Positions 1 to 11,424 are shown, counted from the whole stretch's first letter. The stretch: 63,206 nucleotides of DNA, filler included, from Octopus bimaculoides (GCF_001194135.2; 4 parts of 4 records of this genome joined end to end with filler, not necessarily neighbours in it); one strand, 5' to 3'. Notes: a model not told the origin generated them from the letters alone. A program made the numbers and translations.

Positions 1-10
1 ATATATATAC

Positions 11-330
11 ATCATCATCATCGTTTAACGTCCGCTTTCCATGCTAGCATGGGTTGGATGATTTGACTGAGGACTGGTGAGGACTGGCGAGCTGGCAGAA
101 ACGTTAGCACGCCAGGTGAAATGCTTAGCGGTATTTCGTCTGCTGCTACGTTCTGAGTTCAAATTCCGCTGAGGTCGACTTTGCCTTTCAACCTTTCGGG
201 GTCGATTAAATAAGTACCAGTTACGCACTGGGGTCGATATAATCGACTTAATCCGTTTGTCTGTCCTTGTTTGTCCCTTCTGTGTGTAGCCCCTTGTGGG
301 TAGTAAAGAAATAACACCAGGCTCCAATCT
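11..330 (-). mobile_element. RTE 3' tail (11-80 and 312-330) interrupted by a SINE
   Basis: Both pieces match the reverse complement of 26223-26315. Confidence 0.8.
86..312 (+). mobile_element. tRNA-derived SINE, family B (Deu/Nin-like central domain)
   Basis: GGCGAGCTGGCAGAAACGTTAGC head, B-box GAGTTCAAATTCC, core GTCGACTTTGCCTTTCA..GGGGTCGA..AAGTACCAG. Many copies in the window. Confidence 0.85.
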
Positions 331-491
331 AATATATATACACATATATATACATATATACACATACATATAAATATACTGAAAAACACATGAGAAAGAT
401 ATGGTATATAATTTTTCTTTTGTGCAGAGGGTTCCTTGTGACATGTAATTTATTGCAAGGGTTAAAAAGGTTGAGAAACTCTGGTGCAGAG

Positions 492-705
492 CAATGGTTC
501 TCAACCATTTTTTTTACCTATGCACCCCTTTTGATCTCTATTCTACTCAGATGGACCCACCCAGCCGTTTGATGCTTACAAGCGAAAATTGCTAGAATAT
601 TTTGTGCATTGCAGAATTACAAACCAACTTATAGGACATAAATTTTAACAACAAAATCTTATATGGACCCCGGAGGGTCATATGGAATCCAGTTGAGAAC
701 CTCTA
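492..705. mobile_element. hAT (Charlie-like) MITE, same family
   Basis: CAATGGTTCTCAACC...AGTTGAGAACCTCTA; flanks GTGCAGAG / CTGTAGAG. Confidence 0.75.
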
Positions 706-1090
706 CTGTAGAGGGCCTTTCCAAAGGGGACCAATAGATAGAGTGGTTCCCTAAAACTTTGGTCGGACAACATGGTGGTCTGATTTCAAATATATAGGAA
801 TAATATTGAAATGCCAATGACTTCTCAGATAAGAGCAAACTTAATCCATTGATAATTATCGTTAATACACACACAAAGAATGATGATGATGATGATGATG
901 ATAATATCATCTGGTTTTATTTCTGTATTTTGGGATTAATTTCTAAATCCTTTAATCTTGAAAGTAGTGACGATAATGAAGAGATTCAGCTGATAAACTG
1001 TATCAAAAGTTAGTCGATAACATATAGGTATGGCACATATTGGGGAGGTGGTGGCACATGCAAACACGCACTCACACATGCACTCACACA

Positions 1091-1295
1091 CAAGTACAAA
1101 CACACACACAAGTACAAACACACACACACAAGTACAAACACACACACAAGTACAAACACACACACAAGTACAAACACACACACAAGTACAAACACACANN
1201 NNNNNNNNCAAGTACAAACACACACACAAGTACAAACACACACACAAGTACAAACACACACACACAAGTACAAACACACACACACAAGTACAAAC
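1091..1295. repeat. 18-bp minisatellite (CAAGTACAAACACACACA)n
   Basis: CAAG recurs at 1091, 1109, 1129, 1147, 1165, 1183 and onward. Confidence 0.92.
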
Positions 1296-1714
1296 ACACA
1301 TTAATGCACACAAACACAAGCAAACACAAAAACACACATTTATGCATACATGTTCACACACACACACACACACAAGTACACACCTCTTTCAATGATAAAA
1401 AGCAAGCCTCTAGCCTGAAGCAGAGTAAAAAAAAAAAGAAAAAAAAGTGCGTTATTGATAATTTCAGATTTCAAAAACAATTCATCCAGATTTGTGTTGA
1501 GAAGATGAATAACAATAATTCTACACATTTTATACATTTATATTTATGGCCTAGTAAGAGAAGTATACATTCTTTATATACATACATGCATCAGATATCT
1601 GATGTTTAAATCTATTTAACACAGTAAAATAGCACCTTTGTAATATACATCGCAACACCTAAAGCAGACACACAATAATCAAAGCCCTATATATATGTGC
1701 GTGTGTATGCATGT

Positions 1715-1781
<67 letters not shown>

Positions 1782-2890
1782 GCATGGTGGTATAACACTA
1801 TTGTGAAATGCAATTAAACAATAGAAATTACTAAATACTGTTTAAAAAAAGCAGAATAATATTCATTCAAAGCTGATTCTGAGCAGGTTGCCACTCAGAG
1901 TTTCTCGTTCCTGTTCCTCGGGGGGGGGGAAGATCTTACTGTGAAGGAAGCATTCTTAATAATACACCCACTGATTGTGTGAGACAGACACACAGACTGA
2001 CAAAGTGTGTGTGCATGTGTGCTTGTGTGTATTGCTACAAAACACCACAAAATCCACATTAACACAATTTTAAAATAAAAATAAATATAGACGTCTTTAG
2101 ATAACCTATGATTGACTTCACCCCCCTCCCTCCCTCCTATTTTAGCTTAATCCCCAATCAAAACAATATATAGACTATTTATAATTCAAACAATAAAACC
2201 AAATAAGGGAGACTGAGCTGCTACTTTTCTATATTGAGCAGTCACAGTTCCAGTACTATGGACACATGAGAATGTCTCTGCAAAAGAATTGCAAGATGGA
2301 TGCTTCGAAGTTGAACCACCCAGCAGGAGGCTTAAGGGGTAGATGAAGAATGACAAGGTTGTATAATGTCCATAAAGGTGGTACTCCAGCATGGCTGCAG
2401 TCAAATGACAAACTAGTGAAAGAATAAAAAAAAAATAGTTTCAGTTCGCCGTGCTTGGGAATCCAATAGGAACTATGGAAGGGGTGCTTCAGCACTCTAC
2501 TCCTATGACTCTCCCAGAAATAGTGGGCAGAGAAGATGAATAAAAAAGGGGTCTTGCGTTAGAGGAGAAACATAGCTGCCAGTGCTGGTGCCACATGAAA
2601 AGCACCCAGTACCAAGTTGGCTCCCATAATGTTAATAACAATACTCGGCTAATTGACCAATAAAGTATATTCCTAATGCCCCACACCTACCTGGACCCAC
2701 TCCTTCTATCTGGACCCACTCTTTACACACAAGCAGTGTCATTCATTTTTAATATTCTGTGGAGACATTTCTGGCCATGGGGGAAAAATATTACCTTGCT
2801 TGTTGTAAACAGGAGGAATACCATCTAGCCATCGAAACTCTGTCCAACCCATGCAACCATGGAAAAGTCATTGATCAAATGATGATGGTG

Positions 2891-2945
<55 letters not shown>

Positions 2946-3345
2946 TTTTCTTTTCTTTTACTGGGTTGTAACCATGCTGGGGCACTGCCTTCAATGTTTT
3001 CAGTCATCGTACTTATTTCCATCTGGTACATATTTTATCGATCAAAAAGCTGAGTTACATTATTAACATTATGCGAGGCAACTTGATACAAGGGCTAATA
3101 CACACACACACACACACACACAAATCCACAAACCTAATTGCTAAGACCAGGAAAATCAACAATTCAAAACAGCTAAATGGAAATTAAATGCAGAATATAC
3201 AGGATTTATTAATATTTTTCTTTCAAATTGCAATATGTTTCAACTATTAAAAGCCCTTTTCAGAGAAAAGCAAAAGAGAAAATCATGAACCTCCCTCTTT
3301 CTCTCTCCCTATTTACATATGTGTTTGGTATAATATCTTTTATTT

Positions 3346-3540
3346 TATACTTGTTTCAGTCATTGGACTGCAGCCATGCTAGAGCACCGCCTTGAAGGAT
3401 TTTAGTCGGACAAATTGACCACAGGACTTATTTTTTTAAACTTGGTACTTATTTTATCGGTCCTTATTGCCAAACTGCTAAGTTACAGGGATGTAAACAC
3501 ACCAACACCAGTTGTCAAGCAGTGGTGGGAACAAACAAAG

Positions 3541-3545
<5 letters not shown>
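3346..3545 (-). mobile_element. SINE family A, 3' half
   Basis: Similar to 18551-18750. Confidence 0.75.
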
Positions 3546-3573
<28 letters not shown>

Positions 3574-4087
3574 NNNNNNNNNNNNNNNNNNNNNNNNNNN
3601 NNNNNNNNNTGTATATATATATATATACAGGTATGATAATGCAAACAGGATAAACAGAACTCAAAGTATGAGTATATGTATATTTTTATTAATATTTAGC
3701 AGATGTAACAGAATGACTTGGGTCACAGAGTTTCGTGTGTTGGGGCTTATCAGACTAGTTGCAGGGTCGAAGACCTGGGAGTTTATATATCTGATGATAA
3801 ATATATTTCCCTCTTTCTTTCTCTCTTTCTTTCTCTCTTTCTTTCTTTATTTATCTATGAATTTGTTTATTGAACAACATAATGGACAAACTATTTGAAT
3901 TATCCATAAATTTTAAAATCATTTTTATGATTTTTAAATTTTATCTAGAACCCAGAAGGTACATATTTATCACCAGCTTACATAAACTCAGAGGTCATCA
4001 GCCTGCAACTAGTTTGATCAATGGCAGTACCTTGAGTCACTCTGTTACTTCTGCTAAATATATATATATATATATATAAAGTTAAAG

Positions 4088-4488
4088 AAGTGATTTTAAA
4101 TTCTCAATCGTAGAATAATGCTAATAATATAGCCTAAACAGGATAAACTACCCCTATTTTGCAGAGAAAAGTGTAGGTGGCTAGCTGTGGACACGAACTC
4201 ACATCCCCGTGATTACATGTCACGATGCTTTGACCGATTAAGGTAAACTACCCACTATAAATTCTTCTGCAAATTAAGATATATAAATCTCGCTTTATGA
4301 GACACTCTCATATATGTTAAATTCAAATTACGACAAACGTAAATAAACAAACGAAGTTTGCTTTTAGAAGCGTTGAGATGTCTTTTAGAAAGTGATTTTA
4401 AATTCTCAATCACAGAATAATGCTAATAATATAGCCTGAACAGGATAAACTACCCCTATTTTGAAGAGAAAAGTGTAGGTGGCTAGCT
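4088..4488. repeat. 302-bp-period direct repeat (~1.3 units) containing the tRNA-like head
   Basis: 4088-4186 and 4390-4488 are near-identical. Confidence 0.85.
4179..4252 (-). pseudogene. Degenerate tRNA-Thr(TGT)-like sequence
   Basis: Anticodon arm CGTGA-CATGTAA-TCACG (TGT at 4217-4215); D-arm CCTT-AATCGGTCA-AAGC; T-loop GTGAG-TTCGTGT-C(-)CAC; acceptor GGTAGTT/AGCTAGC with mismatches. Confidence 0.5.
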
Positions 4489-4496
4489 ATATAAAA

Positions 4497-4648
4497 TGGG
4501 CTTCTTTCTGTTTCTGCCTGCCAAATCCACTCACAAGGCTTTGGTCAGTTCAAGGCTATAGTAGAAGACACTTGCCCAATGTGCCATGCAATGTGATTGA
4601 ATATGGAACCATGTGGGCTTCTTATCACACAGTTATGTCCATGCCTAT
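4497..4648 (-). mobile_element. SINE family A, 5' half
   Basis: Similar to 18842-19003. Confidence 0.75.
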
Positions 4649-4765
4649 ACATAACAATTTATTTACAACTCCAAATGGCTTATCAAAATCCTAATATATG
4701 CACCCACAAAGCGATAAGATCTGGGTTCTTTTTCTGTCTTCAGCCAAACTTATAAAACAGCTTTT

Positions 4766-4831
<66 letters not shown>

Positions 4832-5258
4832 ATATAATTATATGCATATATAATTCTGTGTAACAGTGATATTTTAAGCCTTGTGCGAAAATAATTCAGT
4901 ACCTTAGATTCTGAAAGAATTAACATGAAACTAATAACGAACAGATTTTAAACCCAAAACTATTTTAGCAAAATGCTAAATATATATTTTAATGTATTTA
5001 AATCCAAATTATATAATTATATACATAATTATAACTACATAACCACAAATACACGCATTTTCTGATTATTAATTAACTTGACTATGAATAGAAGAGAGTC
5101 CCATCATAAGTAAATGTTCATTATTACCTTGATTAACATCCCACACGCATGCAAATTAAATTGAGTTAATTATTTTAAAGAACATTTACAGAGTTGGGAA
5201 CTGAAAACTGAGAGTAGAGTCAAATTTATTGCAAAATTCATGTTGACGGGGGCTTTAA

Positions 5259-5467
5259 CCTTTTATGCTGCCATCGTTCTGTTGAAATACAATGCCTCTG
5301 TTTCAACAAATTTTGAAAAATAATGAAGAACTTAATAAATATCTTAGTCCTTATTAAGCTGCTGTTTGAAAATTCCAAGGAAACTTTTTAACTTGGATCA
5401 CTTTAAAATGGTAAGCTGGTAGCACAGAACTAGGGGGGCAGTCTTGAGGGAGTTTGATTCAAAAGGG
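5259..5467. mobile_element. TTAA-flanked MITE family 2 (fragments also ~30950-31140 and 57500-57980)
   Basis: TTAA-CCTTTT...AAAAGGG-CTAA; shared internal TTATTAA.CTG.TGTTT segment. Confidence 0.6.
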
Positions 5468-6545
5468 CTAAGTTTCATCTGATGGTTTATTCACCTAAAT
5501 GCCAGGCAGCTCTAATTTTACAATATATACATACAGAAATATACATATGCTTACATAGACATACAGACCTGTGCGTAAATCAATGTATATTTAAACATGT
5601 ACATACATNNNNNNNNNNNNNNNNNNNNNNNNNNNNNNNNNNNNNNNNNNNNNNNNNNNNNNNNNNNNNNNNNNNNNNNNNNNNNNNNNNNNNNNNNNNN
5701 NNNNNNNNNNNNNNNNNNNNNNNNNNNNNNNNNNNNNNNNNNNNNNNNNNNNNNNNNNNNNNNNNNNNNNNNNNNNNNNNNNNNNNNNNNNNNNNNNNNN
5801 NNNNNNNNNNNNNNNNNNNNNNNNNNNNNNNNNNNNNNNNNNNNNNNNNNNNNNNNNNNNNNNNNNNNNNNNNNNNNNNNNNNAACTGTCCGATGAACGG
5901 GAGCGTGAAACTCCGAGTAACAGCCTTTTGTTATATTTCTGCTACTTTTAAATAAAGTATATATATATATATATATATATATACATACATACACACACAC
6001 AAAAATTACCAATATTGCTGTATATTACGAGTAAAATGAAAAGACCATCTTAGAATGTTCTATGAACATTATAAAAAAAAGGAGGGGTGGGGGAAAAGAT
6101 TTCAACACATACACATGTTACTGGTCCCTCGACTCTCTCTTTCTCTCTCTCACACACACATACACACGCCACTGGTCCCTTCAACACACGACACTGCTCC
6201 CTGCAGCTCCCACTATCTACATAAACAGGACATTTGATGAAGCAAAGTAGTCGAAGACATGATGTACAACGTAGATATCTTTGCACATCTCAGCAAAGTT
6301 CTTTTCCTTTATGGGCATTATAAACCATAAGGTGTCTATATAATCTGGATCGATCTCTCCAGGTAAGCATACTTTCACAAGAAACTACCTCAATGGCTCA
6401 CCCAATAAGGCCATTTTCTTCCTATTAGTCAGGTTTATTATACAGCAGATGGTTGAAATTAAGACAGCTTTGTTTGGAACATGACAATAAAGTTGAAAAT
6501 ATCATCGTAATTTTACAATAAATCAATACATCTATTATTATTATT

Positions 6546-6750
6546 GGCAGAGCTGTTAGCACACCAGACAAAAAGCTTGGCAACATTTTGTCTGTCTTTG
6601 TGTTCTGAGTTCAAATTCTGCTGAGGTCGACTTTGCTTTTCCTCTTTTCAGGGTCAATAAGATAAATATCAGTTGGGCGCTGGGATCAATGTAATCGACT
6701 TCCCCACCCTCAAAATTATTGACCCAGTGCCAAAATAAGAAAGGACATTA
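6546..6750 (+). mobile_element. SINE family B, older copy
   Basis: Similar to 86-312, more diverged. Confidence 0.7.
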
Positions 6751-6767
6751 TTATTCTATTTGTTTCT

Positions 6768-6994
6768 TATTTCTTTATTGCCCACAAGGGGCTAGACATA
6801 GAGAGGACAAACAAGGACAGACAAAGGGATTAAGTTGATTACATCGACCCCAGTGCGTAACTGGTACTTAATTTATCGACCCCGAAAGGACGAAACGCAA
6901 AGTTGACCTCGGCGGAATTTGAACTCAGAGCGTAAAGACAGATGAGATACCGGTAAGCATTTTGCCTGGTGTGCTAACGTTTCTGCCAGCTCGC
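6768..6994 (-). mobile_element. SINE family B, near full length
   Basis: Reverse complement of 86-312 with high similarity. Confidence 0.85.
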
Positions 6995-7939
6995 AAATTA
7001 TTCTATTCATTTCTGCTTGTCTAACTGTTTTGTCCATGTGTTACACTTATACCAAGAGAAGTAATAACTTGAATAGAGAAATATATATAGAGAGAGAAGG
7101 GGAGAGAAAGAGAAAGAAGAAGAAGAAGAGAGAGAGAGAAAGAGTGGGGGAGTCAAGATAAAATTATACTTGTGTGTTCAAATGGCAGGCACAATCAAAA
7201 TGTTTAACATAGTGAAACAATGTCATGAAAATCTATAAATTTATGCACAGCTTTTGGTCTCGAACAAATAAAAAATAAAAGTGTAACAACCACAGTTATT
7301 TTTTAACTAAGGTTACTTCACTTTAACTATCTATCAATATATGTGGCCATGCTGGGGCACTGCCATTATTCATTTTTTTCTTCTTTCTTTTGTCATTAGG
7401 TTTAAATGCTTATCAGTATTATGAGAGTATACAGATATATATATATATTTATTGGCAGAAGGGAAAGTAGATATGATAGTTAATTAGCTAGCTAGATAGG
7501 TACATAGATGAGTCTAGAGATATATCAAGAGATATGTAGCTGAACTGAAAAGAAATGAAAATAATCTCAATTGGTAAATAACTTGGACTGACCCCTGGTT
7601 GTGGTTGGACAGTGAAAAATGTAGTTTTTTTTTTGTCTTTTTTTTAAATATATATGAATAAGTTTTATCATTTTAATTCATCTTTTATTTCCTTAAACTA
7701 TAAAGCACATCACATCTGTCAGATATATTAAAAGAAGTTAAAATAAGCAATACCTTCAAAGTTCATTTTGATTACATTTAAAAGTACAGTTTTTGATTAA
7801 ATGGCAGGATTTCAAAATAATTTTTGGAAATTCTTTGCTTGTGTTTAATACATTAACATAATGTTTTCAAATATGCTGACCTACACCATAGAGTCCCGCA
7901 AGTTGTTGTTATTATTATTATTTTCGTTATTATTATTAC

Positions 7940-8140
7940 TGGCAGAATCATTAACATACTGGAAAAAATGCTTAGTGGCATTTCATCTGTCTCTATGTTC
8001 TGAGTTCAAATTCTGCCAAGATCGACTTTGCCTTTTATCCTTTGGGGTGGAGTTGGAGGGGGGGTCAATGAAAATAAGTACCAGTGGAGTATTGTAATTG
8101 ACTAGCCCTCTCCCCTAAAAATTTCAGGCTTTGTGCCTAT
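7940..8140 (+). mobile_element. SINE family B, diverged
   Basis: Head, B-box and core recognisable; ends approximate. Confidence 0.65.
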
Positions 8141-9214
8141 GGTAGAACTTGCATTTTGTCTTTGATATTGTCCTCAATGTCTTGGGCCCTTGTGGCCAAT
8201 AAAAGAAAACCATTATTGTTGTTTTAGGAATCAATTAACCCGCTCCCAGAATGCTGCTGGCCTTGTGCCAAAATATGAAGTTGTTATTATAATTTTTATC
8301 ATTATTATTTTATTATTATTATTACAACTGATACCACAATTCTAACCTTTATCACAGATTTTTGATTTGTCTCCAGTCTCCACAAAATATTTATTATAAC
8401 TAGTACATAACAGTAACTTATTAAAACTAGTAACTCATTTTACTTCAGACTACCAACACCAAAAAAAAAAAAAAGAGAAAGAAAAAAAAAAAACAACCAA
8501 AAACAAAAACCCACACTGAATTTCACTCATCTTGATGTTTTCTTTGCCTCAATATTTTATTTAGTCAGTTTTTCATCTGCTAAAGCAGCCAATTAAATTA
8601 CACTACTTCAGCTAGAAAAGTGGTCGAAATAAATCAATAATTGCAGAGAATCAAAGAGCAGAAACAGTAGACAGAGAAAGGGAGGGAGGGAGGTGAAGAT
8701 TGAAAGAAAAATTAAGAGGAGATGTAATGAGTTGAGTTGAGGACAGAGACAGCAAGAGAAAGAAATAACGGCACAAGGTTCCAAGTAGCTGAATTCTTTA
8801 TAAGATTATACCTAGAATTTGGACAACAAACAAAACACAGCTTCCTCGTAGGTGGTCAATATTCAGACAGAATGGTCTTGTTGGTGAGGTCAGTCACTAA
8901 TAAATACACCAGCCATCTATGTATCCAGCACTAATCAATAGATTTCTCTTCCTTTGCCATAAACTGATCAATAGTTTTAGTAATCAGTCTGTCCAAGCTA
9001 TGTGCTGTCATATTAACTGTACTTATACAACAAGTTGTTACATTGAAAATGTTCCACTCAGCTTAAGCTGTGGCCAACCGATTAATCAAGTAAATGCAAG
9101 TTTTATTTTTGTCAAAAACAGAAATATTTAAAATAAAAGAAAAAAGAACAAAAAAAAGGGGGAGAAGTGGGGGGTAAGAAATAAAAGGAGAAAGAGAATT
9201 TCTTTTGAACTCAC

Positions 9215-9983
9215 CAAGTTGGTAAAACCCTGCTTCAGCAACCCATTCCCGGCTGGGTTTTTTGTGAGGCCAAGATTGGAAAGTGCGAATACGTTCATGA
9301 AGAGATGCATACCGAGGCATGCCAGGCGCAGAGTGTTGAGCAGTGTGTTCTCCAGGATAAACAGGTGCGGTTGATGTTGGTAATGCTGTTAGGCTGAGGT
9401 TCTGAGAATATGGATATTGGGATGGTAAAGCAGTTTGGATACTGAATGGAATTCGAACTGGAGTCGGTACACTGCTGGGCAGCCTGCTGGTCAACGAATC
9501 ACGCACGTCTGAAGTCCATCCATTCTGTGCAGCAGAATGTAAGCTAGAAAGTTGAGTCTGAGCTGTAGAATTCTGACCAAAACGGGTGCGAAGTGCAGCA
9601 TATGGCACGTAATCAGGTTGGGTAGCAGCTGTGTGGAACCTCTCAAAGCTGTCTGGCAGAAATGAGGGGAAGATGTGTGTCGAGTTATAAATGCGATCGT
9701 TCATATCTCTCTCCTGAACAAACGGACAATAAGGAAAATGCCGCCTGTGTTCCTTCTCCACACTGTCTCCCAGCTGCCAGTCGTCAAGCATTCCTTGACA
9801 ATAGACACAGCGAACACGGTCCCCAATGCCAGTGTACTCAAAGCCATTCTTAGCCAGCTCTATGGGACTAATGATGTGACTTTTAGGGAAATGAGCTGTC
9901 TGGAAGGTCTTCAGACATGTCTGGTGATCTCTAGTGGTGTCACTAACATTAAGCATGGTGTTCAAACGGCTGACAGACTTCAT
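9215..9983 (-). CDS. IAP (baculoviral IAP repeat-containing) gene, first coding exon: complete BIR, ~130-aa low-complexity linker, N-terminal third of a second BIR
   Basis: Translation has BIR motif LAKNGFEYTGIGDRVRCVYCQGMLDDWQLGDSVEKEHRRHFPYCPFV with C-x2-C-x16-H-x6-C zinc ligands, then YASLHERIRTFQSWP...AEAGFYQLG. In-frame TGA lies immediately before ATG 9983. Donor TTG|GTGAGT at 9215/9214 (769 nt, phase 1); the ORF-track tail after residue 256 is intron read-through. Exact orthologue not assignable. Confidence 0.92.
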
Positions 9984-10196
9984 TCAAAGTGAGGTTTTAA
10001 ATCGCAGGTAGAAAGAGATATGACCACACTAGGGCAATAAGGAGGCTAGGCTGTAGCCAACGTAGCTAGTAGTAGATGTCGTTGTCAAATCATTTTCCTT
10101 GCCTTTCCTTGTTATCGTCAGCACTGTGACATGAGACAGCAATAAGGCGGTTGCAACGTTTACAGAATCCAGGCTTTCCAACAGTAGAAGACCTAT
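9984..10196 (-). other. 5'UTR part of the IAP exon, with splice acceptor
   Basis: Minus strand reads TTTTGTTCTTTTTTTCTTTTACTTCTTTCAG|ATAGG; the acceptor AG ends at 10197. No in-frame coding continuity upstream of ATG 9983. Confidence 0.65.
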
Positions 10197-10965
10197 CTGA
10201 AAGAAGTAAAAGAAAAAAAGAACAAAATTAACACAACTAGATTAATATATAAACATGATATAGATATATATATAAACAATATATAAACATAAATATACAC
10301 ATCTAAAGATAATATAATTACATAAATATACATACATACATAATTACATATATATATATATACCAACCTAATATATATATAAACACACATTTGTAAACAC
10401 ATACACACACATAACTAAAACTTTCAATATACCAGTAGAAGGCATAGTTAACATTTAAATATAGTTTGTCAGATTTTAGTTATGGCATATAATACACACA
10501 ATGATAATATACTGTGACATAGATCCATACCAACATGTTATTCAAAAGCACAAAAAATTGAAATGGAACAGGGAAATGATTAATTGAAAAGGACAAATAA
10601 ATGGGGAAATTTTCTACACAGCCAAGGAAACCAGACTCAGCAAAGTTTCAGCATGTTTAAAGTCCAAAAGACTTTAATTCCATGGTACTACTCCTCTGCT
10701 TTTGTCAGTGATATAGAGAATACAACTTGAGCTGATGGACAAATGGACTGAAAGTGAAGAGGGACAGCAATATACAATCGGACAGAAACAATTCAGCAAC
10801 AGGATACAAACATACATACATATATAAAATATGGGGGGTTAGTTCATGGGTGATCTAAACGATTACGTATGCTAGGTAAGTGCTGTAATGGATTACCAGG
10901 GCTCCAAGATTATAGCCGAGATGGTAGTTATGGAGCCATTGCAGATTTCCGATATAGTAGATATA

Positions 10966-11424
10966 TAATTGTTAAAGAGGACAACAAATGTTAAGGCAAG
11001 GCAAACATCTCGAGTCATATACATTATTATTATTATTATTAGAAAAAATTATTGGATGTTGATATGTCTGAGTCTTTTTTCTGGGTGTTTACAATATCAG
11101 GATTTTAACCCACATGGATTTACGCAGGATTGCACCTAAGGACTTATGGACTTATTTCTACAAGATCGGAAAGTTGAACTGTGAACTTTTATGCTATTTT
11201 TCTTCATCTCTTTATTCCTTTATTCCTGTCCTCTATGTTGTTATTTCATTAATCTATACCCTTCTCATTTTCCATATTTGTCTCCGATGATGGAATGTCC
11301 CATACTCTAGGATGTCCCAGAAACAACTGTAAGACTTTGAATTTTTTTTTCCTCCAATAATAATAATGTATATGACTCGAGATGTTTGCCTTGCCTTAAC
11401 ATTTGTTGTCCTCTTTAACAATTA
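10966..11424 (+). mobile_element. Penelope-like element terminal (pLTR-type) fragment between inverted repeats
   Basis: 10966-11034 and 11356-11424 are perfect 69-bp inverted repeats. Interior has a frameshifted GIY-YIG C-terminus-like remnant (ESF-W..QY...PHGF, ~11068-11130) and a minimal hammerhead motif. Confidence 0.65.
11280..11335 (+). ncRNA. Minimal type I hammerhead ribozyme motif (Penelope-type)
   Basis: GTCT / CCGATGA / stem II TGGAATGTCC-CATACTCTA-GGATGTCCCA / GAA / AC-AACT-GT / A / AGAC. Stem I GTCT:AGAC, cleavage triplet GUA (11329-11331). U4 is C in this copy. Confidence 0.65.

Noticed and set aside
6200-6365. Stop-free minus frame PGEIDPDYIDTLWFIMP as the next IAP exon
   Set aside because: No BIR, UBA or RING features and no clear acceptor.
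9063-9214. Hydrophobic C-terminal 50 aa of the 306-aa ORF as a transmembrane tail
   Set aside because: It begins at a GTGAGT donor in mid-BIR and is T-rich intron read-through.
10602-10613. GGGGAAATTTTC as an NF-kB site
   Set aside because: Does not fit GGGRNWYYCC; single site, expected by chance.
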